Source: an uncultured bacterium (GTDB lineage: Bacteria > Patescibacteriota > Minisyncoccia > Phycocordibacterales > PALSA-1337). Taken from it: 64,000 nucleotides of DNA. Where the stretch lies: positions 24,038 through 88,037 of the forward strand of contig CAIQIZ010000028.1 in the NCBI GenBank assembly GCA_903872035.1, read 5' to 3'. A model generated the notes under the pieces. That model was not told the origin of the DNA. It made no database searches and was given only the letters and a program-made list of their open reading frames with translations. Of this stretch, positions 18,360-27,313 are shown piece after piece. The translations under genes were made by a program, and so were the position numbers. Position 1 is the first letter of the stretch. Each line of letters starts with the position of its first letter.

Positions 18360-18423
18360 GCTCGTAACACTTTGCCAGTTTGAAACTGGCCCACAGTTAT
18401 CAAACTAGCAAAGTGTTACTCGC
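18360..18423. repeat. Hairpin family 2 (CTG-TGGGC-CAG apex), copy 1
   Basis: gtaacactttgc...ctggcccacag...gcaaagtgttac long stem between rnpA and yidC. Confidence 0.85.
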
Positions 18424-18434
18424 TAAACTCATTC

Positions 18435-19199
18435 ATGTACAGCCAGTTCATCTTTCAACCTCTTTATAACGGCCTAGTCGGGATCATGGTTTTGATCCCA
18501 GGCATAGACGTAGGCATCGCAGTCATCATATTTACGATCATCATCCGGCTGATACTCTTTCCCCTGTCCAAGAGCGCCTTACTGACGCAGGTGCGAATGA
18601 AAGAGGTCGAACCAGATGCGGCTAAGATTCGCACACAGTATGCAGCTGACAAGCAGACGCAAGCTTTGAAAATAATGGAGCTTTACAAGGCCAGAAAAGT
18701 AAAACCTTTCTCGGGGATCCTATTGCTCATCATCCAACTGCCAATACTTCTAGCTCTTATCTCGGTCTTTTATAAAATCATCCCGACCATAGATACGCAC
18801 CTGCTTTACTCGTCGATCCTGAACGCATTCACGCATATGTCTGCGCCACGACCAACTCTCTTGGGCCTGGATCTGACGAGCAAGAATCTTGTCCTGGCTT
18901 TGATCACTGGTGCTGCACAGTTTTTCCAGCTCCATTTCTCGGTAGCAGCCAGACAGCAGAAAGAAATGGCTGCGAGCACTATTAAAAGCGGTGGTTCTTT
19001 GGACAAAGCGTCGCAACTATCGAACTCCATGAATTCGCAGATGAAGTTTCTTCTGCCGTTATTAGCCTTCGCCTCGATTTATTGGATTATTCCAGCCAGA
19101 TTCCCCCAGGCATCATCGATCATCGCAATATATTGGTCAGTTAGCGCCTTATTTACTCTAGGTCAGGAACTATATATCAAGAAGCGGCACCTGAAGTAG
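18435..19199 (+). CDS. yidC: Membrane protein insertase YidC/Oxa1
   Basis: GIAVIIFTIIIRLILFPL, IQLPILLAL, IYW; synteny. Confidence 0.93.
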   Translation: MYSQFIFQPLYNGLVGIMVLIPGIDVGIAVIIFTIIIRLILFPLSKSALLTQVRMKEVEPDAAKIRTQYAADKQTQALKIMELYKARKVKPFSGILLLIIQLPILLALISVFYKIIPTIDTHLLYSSILNAFTHMSAPRPTLLGLDLTSKNLVLALITGAAQFFQLHFSVAARQQKEMAASTIKSGGSLDKASQLSNSMNSQMKFLLPLLAFASIYWIIPARFPQASSIIAIYWSVSALFTLGQELYIKKRHLK

Positions 19200-19210
19200 C
19201 ATATCAACCA

Positions 19211-19280
19211 GAAGACTCCGAAAATACTCCCGTTTGCCGCTGGCCCACAGCGCTCAAACAGGAGTATTTTCTTTGTCTTC
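19211..19280. repeat. Hairpin family 2, copy 2
   Basis: gaagactccgaaaatactcccgtttgccgctggcccacagcgctcaaacaggagtattttctttgtcttc, between convergent genes. Confidence 0.85.
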
Positions 19281-19297
19281 CAATCTTCGCTCAACTA

Positions 19298-20587
19298 TTA
19301 GTGTGAAGCGGAGAGATCATACGACCAGAAGCTTAGGTCGTTTTTGTTCATGAAGAATAGATAACCATCTTGGGGATCGAGTTTCAGGTTGAAAGCGTCG
19401 ATGACACGGTCGCTCTTGTCGACGATGGTAGAGACAAGGTTGATCTCACCGGTGCCTGCGTTCAACTTCCAGATCTTGTCGATCGTTGAAAGTGTTCCAG
19501 TATACCAATCGTCAGGATAGGTTCCGGAAACGGGTTGTGACGGCACGGCGCAGTAAACGCTATTCATATTGAGATTACCCCAAGCGCATTTGTCGGCCAA
19601 AGTACGGAATACGGCGCTGGAGAAGCTACCGGAAGAGACGGTATATATAGCGGTGTCGACGTTCTGATCATTGTTAGCCGAGGAGGCGAGCACGTAATGT
19701 GCGTCATGACTGGTTCTGGTGCTGAGGCCAGCGATCGGACCAAGGATCTTCTTCCAGATACCAGTCTTGGTGTTCACGAAGTACAAGTATCCCGGCTGAC
19801 CAGCAGAACCTTTGGTAGTAATGGCGATGGTATTGGTTTCCGTCCACTCGACGTTAACTTGAATAAGCGGGGTACTGAACAGTCTAGCCATGCTTGATCC
19901 ATCGAAATTCGAGATATATCCGACACCAGCACCGTTTTCATTGACGAGAGTGAACAACTTGTCTCCTTTTGGTGAGGCGGCGAAGGCTACGATATTATCT
20001 TGCAGGTTGTTGCCTTTCAATTGGAATGGAGTCGTTCCCACCGAGTTCTTGTTTGAGGCAGCTGCAGATGGGTCCTGGGCTTTAAGTTGGGCGTAAAGCG
20101 TGGTAGGTGTGTCGATCTTGCTGGAGAATATTGACCCGACGAAGGCGGTCAAATTCTTGTTCCAAACACTCTCATACATACGCGGAAGGATGGTATTGGA
20201 AAGAGTCGCGACTGTTTCCGAAGCGAGCGATAATTCGTAGACGTTTCCTCTTCCTCGGTCTATCCAACGGACTATCGTTGTTGAGGCGCTGGTGCTAGCC
20301 GAATATCCGCCTACTGGGGTTCCGCTTATCATGCGCAAAGTCGCGATCCTGACGGTTGATGGTTGAATAGAAACCGGAGTGTTGCTCAAGCTTGAAGGAG
20401 TCGAGCTTCCAGTTCGATTCGTTGAATTCGAATTGAGTGGAGCGAAACCGCTAACTGATTGTTGGCCCGGAGAGGTCAGAGCCACGGTCGGTTTCCCTGC
20501 CCCGTAGAAAAAGAAGTACCAATAGGCCAAGCCGGCGAGGACAAGGCAAGTGATGATCGCGATTGGAATTACAAGGGATTTGTTCAT
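19298..20587 (-). CDS. Membrane-anchored, probably beta-propeller-like protein (T4SS-like cluster)
   Basis: N-terminal TM helix, S/T-rich linker, repeated beta-rich segments (ASPKGDKL, DPQDGYLFF); start taken at MNKSLV. Confidence 0.65.
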   Translation of the reverse strand: MNKSLVIPIAIITCLVLAGLAYWYFFFYGAGKPTVALTSPGQQSVSGFAPLNSNSTNRTGSSTPSSLSNTPVSIQPSTVRIATLRMISGTPVGGYSASTSASTTIVRWIDRGRGNVYELSLASETVATLSNTILPRMYESVWNKNLTAFVGSIFSSKIDTPTTLYAQLKAQDPSAAASNKNSVGTTPFQLKGNNLQDNIVAFAASPKGDKLFTLVNENGAGVGYISNFDGSSMARLFSTPLIQVNVEWTETNTIAITTKGSAGQPGYLYFVNTKTGIWKKILGPIAGLSTRTSHDAHYVLASSANNDQNVDTAIYTVSSGSFSSAVFRTLADKCAWGNLNMNSVYCAVPSQPVSGTYPDDWYTGTLSTIDKIWKLNAGTGEINLVSTIVDKSDRVIDAFNLKLDPQDGYLFFMNKNDLSFWSYDLSASH

Positions 20588-20594
20588 GGAAGGT

Positions 20595-21788
20595 TTACTT
20601 CTTGCAAGCTGGGTCATTGGGCGCGCCAAAGTTTGGGTTGCACAGCTTGGCCATTGTAGTGGTAATACTGGCTTGCAGCTTAGCCTTATTTGGATCGTCA
20701 GCTGACATATTATTCAATATACCATTAATAACTTGTGAATTTACTTGTTTGATTCCATCGACAGGCGCATTTTGGAGTATGCTGTCTTGCAGCAGTAATT
20801 GACCATAATTATAATAGTAGGTGCTGTCTAGTTTCTTGATGTTATCTGGGGTATCGGCTCCAAGCAATTGAAGATTTTGGAGCCCTTCGTTATAGGCTTT
20901 ATTAACATTATCCTCATTGTTTCTTACGTCCTGCAATGTTTTTGTTTGAGTAACTGAGTCCCCCGATGAGTTAAAGTTGTTTGAGTTTCCCCCATTCATT
21001 TGAGCGCTTATTTCAGTTTGCGCAGTCAAGATAGTAGCTGCCGCCTGCGCATCTGCTATCTGGTTGGTGGTGTCTTGAATTTTGGCATTTACAGAAGCCA
21101 GACGTGGATCAGTGTCGCTAACGCCCTCAGAGTATAGTAATTCGTTTTGTTGGGCTTTTAAGCTCGTCAAATTTTGTTGAAGCGATGTTACTGTTGCCTT
21201 TTCTTGCGTCATTTGTTGTCCGTACTCGGAAGTTTGTGCATTATAGGCCTTTGCATCTTGAGTGAGTTGATCAAAAAAGTCTATTGTAACAGGTTGGGTT
21301 AGGTTAGGTTTCAATTGTGTTGACAATTGTGGTACCAATGTTGAAGGTATATTCACGAACGCTGGATTGATGGCGCCCAAGATTAGATATGAGCATAGTA
21401 CCAGAAGGAGGCCGATCAAGGCGTTCTGGACCTTTTTTATCCCGTCGCCCTTGCCTTGGAATGAGCCAGTGGTCATGTATTCAAGCCCGCCGTAAACGAT
21501 CATGAAGACCGCTGCCACAGCCGCTAAAGCGATGAGAAGATTCATGGCGTATAGAACGTACTGCTGAAACGATACGGTAGTTACGGTTGAACCTTGGGCA
21601 CAACCACCAGAAACCGATACTACACAAGGAAAAGGAGCAAGCAACTCATAATCTTTTGGCGCCATGGTGGCCGAATCGGCTGCCATCGTTTGGGGAGTCG
21701 CTGGAATTATCAGAATGCAGGTGGATAATATACAGCTGCACGCGGCGATGGCGATTACCTTTTTCAGTGATGAATATGAAAATCTCAT
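20595..21788 (-). CDS. VirB2/TrbC-like pilin domain protein with long coiled-coil extension
   Basis: Signal peptide, YELLAPFP, AVFMIVYGGLEYMT...IQ/VQNALIGLLLVLCSYLILGAINP pilin-like hairpin. Confidence 0.7.
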   Translation of the reverse strand: MRFSYSSLKKVIAIAACSCILSTCILIIPATPQTMAADSATMAPKDYELLAPFPCVVSVSGGCAQGSTVTTVSFQQYVLYAMNLLIALAAVAAVFMIVYGGLEYMTTGSFQGKGDGIKKVQNALIGLLLVLCSYLILGAINPAFVNIPSTLVPQLSTQLKPNLTQPVTIDFFDQLTQDAKAYNAQTSEYGQQMTQEKATVTSLQQNLTSLKAQQNELLYSEGVSDTDPRLASVNAKIQDTTNQIADAQAAATILTAQTEISAQMNGGNSNNFNSSGDSVTQTKTLQDVRNNEDNVNKAYNEGLQNLQLLGADTPDNIKKLDSTYYYNYGQLLLQDSILQNAPVDGIKQVNSQVINGILNNMSADDPNKAKLQASITTTMAKLCNPNFGAPNDPACKK

Positions 21789-21792
21789 GGTA

Positions 21793-22836
21793 TTAATTGG
21801 TTATTGATGGCGCAGCATTTGAAGACGCTGCAGTGAACATGGCTGTAAAACCGGAATTGGCGCTCTGGAGGATCTGCTTATTGTTGGCGATACTCAAGGT
21901 GATATTAGAAGCTCCCGCTGTTCCTACGGGCGCACGCAAGATAACGGAATCATTTGTAGTCAATTCTGGATGCGCGACGTTGTTGATAAGCCAAGAAAAA
22001 GAAAGATCTCCAGATTTATTGGCCGGTTTATTGAAACCGTAAGGAATGGCTAGAATGTTGGCTTCCCTTTGCGAACCGATGCGATACGAAGAGTTGATAG
22101 CCAAGTTGAAGAGCGGACCATAGAGAGGATCGTTTATGTAAAAAGTGATCGAAGGCGATTGGGGGGTTATTGTGATCATGCTTTCAGCTTGGCCGGAGCC
22201 TGTGCGCGGTGTCACGTTCACGGACAGGTCATATGCTCGAGGGACTATATCCCCCACTAACATGATCGACTGTTTTCCATAACCAGACTGGTCTCCGAGG
22301 ATTTGGTTATTCTTGCTCCATTGGTAGATGAGAGTTTTTGGGTCGTATTCAACACCATCTGAATTGGCGATATGAGGAACAGCGACCACAGTAACGGAAT
22401 TTTGATAAACAACGGGCGCTTTTCCTCGGAAGGAAGGTGGCACGTAACCATCTGTTTCAGTTACTAGGTCGACCGAACCTGAACCGATCACGGTGCTTCC
22501 GGTGGTTGTTTGGCCATTATTCGTGACCATTGTGACTTTTATATTCAGTTTTTTACCGAGAGCTGGGGCGGTCACTGTGAGAGTCGTAAGACCGTTGCCG
22601 CTTTGAGCCACTTTACCATTGACCGACCAAGTAATCTTCGATGAATCGATACTGGCACTATAGCTCGCTGCTGTGATCGTTATTTGTTGTCCAGGTGCTG
22701 GATTTTCCGATGAAACCGAGAGGGTGACACCGCCGGATGAGGGAACACTTTGGGCGTGCGAGCAAGGAGCAAGAAGGAAGGAGCAAGAAGCGAGGAGGAC
22801 GCCGGCGGATACGATTGATAGAAAATGACGATTCAT
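21793..22836 (-). CDS. Secreted Ig-like domain protein
   Basis: Signal peptide; ITWSVNG, YQWSKN and FSWLINN Ig-like Trp strands; YVPPSFRGK motif. Confidence 0.65.
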   Translation of the reverse strand: MNRHFLSIVSAGVLLASCSFLLAPCSHAQSVPSSGGVTLSVSSENPAPGQQITITAASYSASIDSSKITWSVNGKVAQSGNGLTTLTVTAPALGKKLNIKVTMVTNNGQTTTGSTVIGSGSVDLVTETDGYVPPSFRGKAPVVYQNSVTVVAVPHIANSDGVEYDPKTLIYQWSKNNQILGDQSGYGKQSIMLVGDIVPRAYDLSVNVTPRTGSGQAESMITITPQSPSITFYINDPLYGPLFNLAINSSYRIGSQREANILAIPYGFNKPANKSGDLSFSWLINNVAHPELTTNDSVILRAPVGTAGASNITLSIANNKQILQSANSGFTAMFTAASSNAAPSITN

Positions 22837-22897
22837 CAGTGTCTATTTTAACATGAATTAGTCGGATGGAATGAAGAGTTATCACCATTTGGAAACT

Positions 22898-23443
22898 TTA
22901 TGCAGAGAATGATGACTCGGCATTTTTTACCGATTTTCCAATCGTAGGTCCTGTTGCTTGTATATGGCCTCTAGGTCTTCCGACACCATCTACGTAGAAT
23001 CTAGAGGATTCGCTTGGTTGAAGCTGTTCGGTCCTAGCTCTACCCACACCATCCTCGACATATTTACGAGCCATTCCGGCCTGCAAAAATTCCTCCTGCT
23101 CCCGCTCAGCGTTCATTTGAGCCTCCTCTTTTTTTACATCGCTATGAATGTACCAGACATCCAAAATCCACAGCTGCGCTATTCCGCCGGTAACTGCGGA
23201 CAGCGCCTCCATACCAACTAAAGATGCTAATCGACTCGGGTGTTGGACGAGAGAGACCTTTTTTCCGAACTGGATCCACAGAGCAATGATGACACCGACG
23301 ATGGGATCCAAAATTTCATTTATTGCCACTCCAATACCAAAGACCCAGACGAGGATGCATTCGATGATGACGAACTGTATGAAGTCCATTCCGCCAGCAA
23401 AGAGATACAATAAAAACCAGCCTTTTGATTTGGGTTTTGCCAT
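22898..23443 (-). CDS. Hypothetical membrane protein
   Basis: Several hydrophobic segments; TATAAT 8 nt before the ATG. Confidence 0.65.
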   Translation of the reverse strand: MAKPKSKGWFLLYLFAGGMDFIQFVIIECILVWVFGIGVAINEILDPIVGVIIALWIQFGKKVSLVQHPSRLASLVGMEALSAVTGGIAQLWILDVWYIHSDVKKEEAQMNAEREQEEFLQAGMARKYVEDGVGRARTEQLQPSESSRFYVDGVGRPRGHIQATGPTIGKSVKNAESSFSA

Positions 23444-23473
23444 TGCGTTTCAATTATAACAGAAAGCATCCCC

Positions 23474-25288
23474 TTACTGCCCTGCTGCCTCGAGATCCTT
23501 CTTGGCTTTCTCGATCTGCATGACTTGAGCTGGATTTGTGGTGATGATCTGATCCTCTGTATAGGAGGCGACGATCTTGATGGCTACGTGTTTCAAGCCG
23601 ACGAAGAACATGCCTTCCCCGACATCTGATTCGAGCAACAAGTATTTCTCTTCGTCTGTTAAGTTGAATGTTTGCTGGATGTGATCGATTACGGTTGGCG
23701 ATTGTTTGAGCAGGATCTGAATTGAAGAGTTGGTAAGAATCGGCAAACCATAGGGAGATTTCAAGAAGTCATCCACGTCTTGGGTTATTGTCGCCAAGCC
23801 AAGGTAATATTTACGGCCACGTTTTGCCAATCCGAATAGGAATGAGGCCGTATCTTCGGATTTCATCATCCACCAAGCCTCATCGATGACTAGGAGCCTC
23901 TTCTTCCTGATCTTGCGCACGGCATTCCATATGAAGTGGGTGACTATATACATGGCTACCGGCTTGAGCTCGTCTTCCATGTCGCGGAGAGAGAAGACAA
24001 CGAACTTCTTGTTGATGTCCACGTTTGAAGGTCTGTTGATGAAGCCGGACCAGGTTCCTTTGGTGTACTTGGTCAATCTTTGTACTAATGATTCACCACC
24101 TTCCATTCCAGCTAGGACGAGCTCGAAGTCAGACAAAAGAGGCGGTTCGACTGTGCGAAAGTCGGATTCTGGAGATATATCCTTGAGCGCATATGTTTCG
24201 GTGATGGCACGATCGATGATAGCGTCCTCTTCTTGGGACAGGCCGCCCAACATGATACGGAAGAGGCCGACCAAGTTGATGATGTTAGATCGTAATACGT
24301 CCGCTGCCGATTCATCTTCGGCTGGTATAGGTAGATCGAATGGGTTGATATGGTGCTCAGAATTCAGAGAGATGTTGAAATACTTCCCTCCTGTAGCTTC
24401 CGACATGTATTCATATTCTTTTTCCGGATCGATGACGATCACATCGGTATCGAACATCAAAGTCCGAAGAATCTCCAGCTTTGTGCAGTATGATTTACCG
24501 GCACCAGCCACGGCGAACGTCACAGAATTGTAGTTTTCAAGAAGGTATCGGTCGAAAAGGACCAGCGATGAATTGTGGCGATTTATTCCATAAAGTATTC
24601 CTTTATCTGAAGTGAGGTCGAAAGAGACGAACGGGAATAGCGACGAGAGTGGCGAGGAGTTCAGCTTGGAATGTACCGCCAATTGGTCGTCGGCTATAGG
24701 AATGACTGATTTGAAGCCTTGTTCTTGTTGGAAAAGGGCTGGTTTGACGTAAACAAGTTTCGATTCAAGAATGGACTTGATCTCTGATTCCAACTTGTCG
24801 AGATCGCCATCAGAATCGGCAAAGATCGTAATATATACGCCAACGTCGAAGAGATGTTCTTGCGCTTGCATCAATTGGTCACGGAGCGCTTCCAGGTCCT
24901 GATATGCAGTGTCTAGGCCAGGATCGCGGACCAAACCCTTCTCTTCTCTCCTGGATATCTGGCTTTGCACCTCGGCCACTTTCTTTTGGAAGTGTCGGAG
25001 AATCTTGGCTGTTTCGACTGGGTGGATGAAAATAGAGACATTGAAGACTTTATCTAGGTTGATGATAGGTGCGAACCAGCTTTCATCGAGGAAACGCGGG
25101 TAAGAAATGACAAATAGAGTGCGGCCGACCTTCTCGCCAAGATTCAATTCCTTCGGGCTAACTTTCAAGGCTGATGGTGCGATGACGTCCTTCAGCTCCA
25201 ATACGCCCGCTTGGTAGATCTCATTAGGAAGCACCGAAACGATGGGGGCTTCTGTTTTTTTGCCGAAGAGTTTGTTAAATATAGACAT
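23474..25288 (-). CDS. VirB4-like ATPase
   Basis: Walker A AVAGAGKS, VIDPEKEY, INPFD, Walker B LLVIDEAW, RGRKY, ITQDVDDF. Confidence 0.9.
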   Translation of the reverse strand: MSIFNKLFGKKTEAPIVSVLPNEIYQAGVLELKDVIAPSALKVSPKELNLGEKVGRTLFVISYPRFLDESWFAPIINLDKVFNVSIFIHPVETAKILRHFQKKVAEVQSQISRREEKGLVRDPGLDTAYQDLEALRDQLMQAQEHLFDVGVYITIFADSDGDLDKLESEIKSILESKLVYVKPALFQQEQGFKSVIPIADDQLAVHSKLNSSPLSSLFPFVSFDLTSDKGILYGINRHNSSLVLFDRYLLENYNSVTFAVAGAGKSYCTKLEILRTLMFDTDVIVIDPEKEYEYMSEATGGKYFNISLNSEHHINPFDLPIPAEDESAADVLRSNIINLVGLFRIMLGGLSQEEDAIIDRAITETYALKDISPESDFRTVEPPLLSDFELVLAGMEGGESLVQRLTKYTKGTWSGFINRPSNVDINKKFVVFSLRDMEDELKPVAMYIVTHFIWNAVRKIRKKRLLVIDEAWWMMKSEDTASFLFGLAKRGRKYYLGLATITQDVDDFLKSPYGLPILTNSSIQILLKQSPTVIDHIQQTFNLTDEEKYLLLESDVGEGMFFVGLKHVAIKIVASYTEDQIITTNPAQVMQIEKAKKDLEAAGQ

Positions 25289-25292
25289 ATGT

Positions 25293-25940
25293 TTATGTGA
25301 TCTGGATAGGCTTCTCTGTTTCTCCCGGATTGAATAGCTTGTAATACAATTCGACCACTTCTTCTGTTCCCAATTCTGCAGCCCTGATGCCGCAGCGGAC
25401 CAAGCCTTGTTCGACTACCGATACCCTCTGCTCGAGTTGGCTACGGTATTCTTGGAATTGAGCATCGGCTGTTTCAGTTTGATTCTTTCCTTGATTTTTT
25501 CCTGGTAAGAATTTTGTCAGAGGATTGTTGCTGGCACTTATCATCGCCGGATCGTACGGAATGACCACAAAGAAGCTCTTGGACATGATATTGGTGCTTT
25601 CCACGAATGTCTTGATGAATTCGATATATTCGCGCACCTGGATCTTCATAAGCTCGGTTAACTGTTCCTTGTAGCGATCTTCCAGAAGAGCAATATACGG
25701 CCGTATGTCTAGCTTTTTTGACTGGATGAATATTTGGATGGAAAAATCTAGAGAGTTCACGAAATTCTGGAATTGCATGAGAATGGAACTCTGCTCATCC
25801 TGCGATTTCAAGGCAAAGTTGAGCGATGAAGCCAGGATGATGGAGCGCATGCCCCCATTTCTCAAGATGACCACGCCGTCGCGGATCTCCTGGATAGGCA
25901 CGAAGTTTTGGGTGGTTTGTGATTTGACGTTTTTTGCCAT
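25293..25940 (-). CDS. TraC/VirB4 N-terminal-like accessory protein
   Basis: TQNFVPIQEIRDGVVIL, SSLNFALKS..EQ, FVNSLDF; lies between prgI-like and virB4-like genes; start at MAKNV. Confidence 0.7.
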   Translation of the reverse strand: MAKNVKSQTTQNFVPIQEIRDGVVILRNGGMRSIILASSLNFALKSQDEQSSILMQFQNFVNSLDFSIQIFIQSKKLDIRPYIALLEDRYKEQLTELMKIQVREYIEFIKTFVESTNIMSKSFFVVIPYDPAMISASNNPLTKFLPGKNQGKNQTETADAQFQEYRSQLEQRVSVVEQGLVRCGIRAAELGTEEVVELYYKLFNPGETEKPIQIT

Positions 25941-25956
25941 AGGAATTATCGCTGAT

Positions 25957-26391
25957 TTACCGCTGATTCTTATTCGAATAGACACTCTCTTTGATATCCA
26001 AGCTCCAGGTCAGGTCTTTGAGCTTGCTGTCAGAGATCTTTGGAACCATGATAGAAGCGTAGCTCTTGACCTCATCGCCGGTCACTTCGGCTGATTTTTC
26101 TGGTATCTTCTCCTCTTTCTTCCATATATATAGCTTGTTCCCCCACCAATATTTGAATGCTGCCTCCATGACATTGACAAAGGGTTTGTTGTTGATTTTG
26201 TAGAAGGCTAAAGCAGCCGATAGCGCCATGATGGCGACGATGGGAATGAACGATAAGATGATGCTTTTCAAGAATACGTAGACTACGAAAGACAATCCTC
26301 CCCCGCCGACCAAGTATATGAATTGCTTCAAAGTGAGCGGTCCGAAGATCTTGTCTTCTACTTCGATGAATTGAGGTACTTGAAAACGCAT
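25957..26391 (-). CDS. PrgI-family (VirB3-like) membrane protein
   Basis: MRFQVPQFIEVEDKIFGPLTLKQF followed by two TM helices. Confidence 0.85.
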   Translation of the reverse strand: MRFQVPQFIEVEDKIFGPLTLKQFIYLVGGGGLSFVVYVFLKSIILSFIPIVAIMALSAALAFYKINNKPFVNVMEAAFKYWWGNKLYIWKKEEKIPEKSAEVTGDEVKSYASIMVPKISDSKLKDLTWSLDIKESVYSNKNQR

Positions 26392-26402
26392 TATGGCCTA
26401 AT

Positions 26403-26483
26403 TATAGCGTCAAGCGAGGATTTGTGGAAGCGAGCCTCCACAAAATACGAGCGGAGACGATATATGAGTGGAGCGAATATAGC
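26403..26483 (+). repeat. ~81 bp hairpin element, family 1, copy B
   Basis: TATAGC...TATAGC ends; caagcgaggatttgtggaagcgagcctccacaaaatacgagcggagacg core. Confidence 0.85.
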
Positions 26484-27302
26484 TTAGCTGATCGATTCTT
26501 TGTATGGATCACCTGGTTTTGGATTGCTGACATCGATTTTCTTCGGAGTTTGTGGTGTTGGTGGTGGGACTGGCTTCGGTACGACAGGTTGTGGAGCGGC
26601 TGGAACTGGTGTGGTCGCATTTGGTATCGCTGCTATTGAAGGTTGGGAATCTTTTGGTACGGTAAGCGGAAGAGTGCCTTTTTGGTTAATCGGCGTTTGT
26701 GATTCTTCAATTTTCGGTGGATTTTCCAGGATGGACGGGCACGTTGTCGGGTCCTCTACGCCAGCCAATATCTTTGCTCTGTCTGCGACAGTAATCCCGC
26801 TACTGCTTTCCAATATGCTGCTCGGCCTATCGATGCTGAAATCGCCAGCTGTTTCTACAGATGACATGGTCGATTCAGCATGATCGTTTTCCAAAGGTTG
26901 CTCTAGAGCAGCGATGTCTTGCTGTCCAGTGTCGTTCGTTTGTTCGTCGATCGCTCGTGCAGCATCTTCAGATTTTTTAGATTTCTCCTCTATCTCTCGC
27001 ATCTGGGTCTTTATTGTCGAAAACACCTGACTATTTATATCAGTTGCGATCATTTGAGAAAGTTTTGCGTCGATGGATAGCCGATCAGAAAGGTCACTTA
27101 CAAATGTGGATGCTTTGGCGAAACCCAGTATCACTAGAACGACTTGATCGACAAGATCACCAACCTGATCGATCATCAGTTCATATTTTTTTCCAATGGC
27201 CTGGATCGTGTTCAGAACTTCTTGCGATGAAATTGCTTTCTGCAGTTCCTTCGGCAGTTTCTCGAATTGGGCCTGGATTTGTTCGGTGGTGTAGTCTTTC
27301 AT
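26484..27302 (-). CDS. Hypothetical cytoplasmic protein with Pro-rich tail ending DPYKESI
   Basis: 272 aa ORF within the operon; helical N-terminus. Confidence 0.7.
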   Translation of the reverse strand: MKDYTTEQIQAQFEKLPKELQKAISSQEVLNTIQAIGKKYELMIDQVGDLVDQVVLVILGFAKASTFVSDLSDRLSIDAKLSQMIATDINSQVFSTIKTQMREIEEKSKKSEDAARAIDEQTNDTGQQDIAALEQPLENDHAESTMSSVETAGDFSIDRPSSILESSSGITVADRAKILAGVEDPTTCPSILENPPKIEESQTPINQKGTLPLTVPKDSQPSIAAIPNATTPVPAAPQPVVPKPVPPPTPQTPKKIDVSNPKPGDPYKESIS

Positions 27303-27313
27303 GTCATTGATTG

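Noticed and set aside
23886-24533. Long antisense ORFs (also 45246-45899, 30552-31109, 35464-35991)
   Set aside because: Shadow frames opposite better-supported genes.
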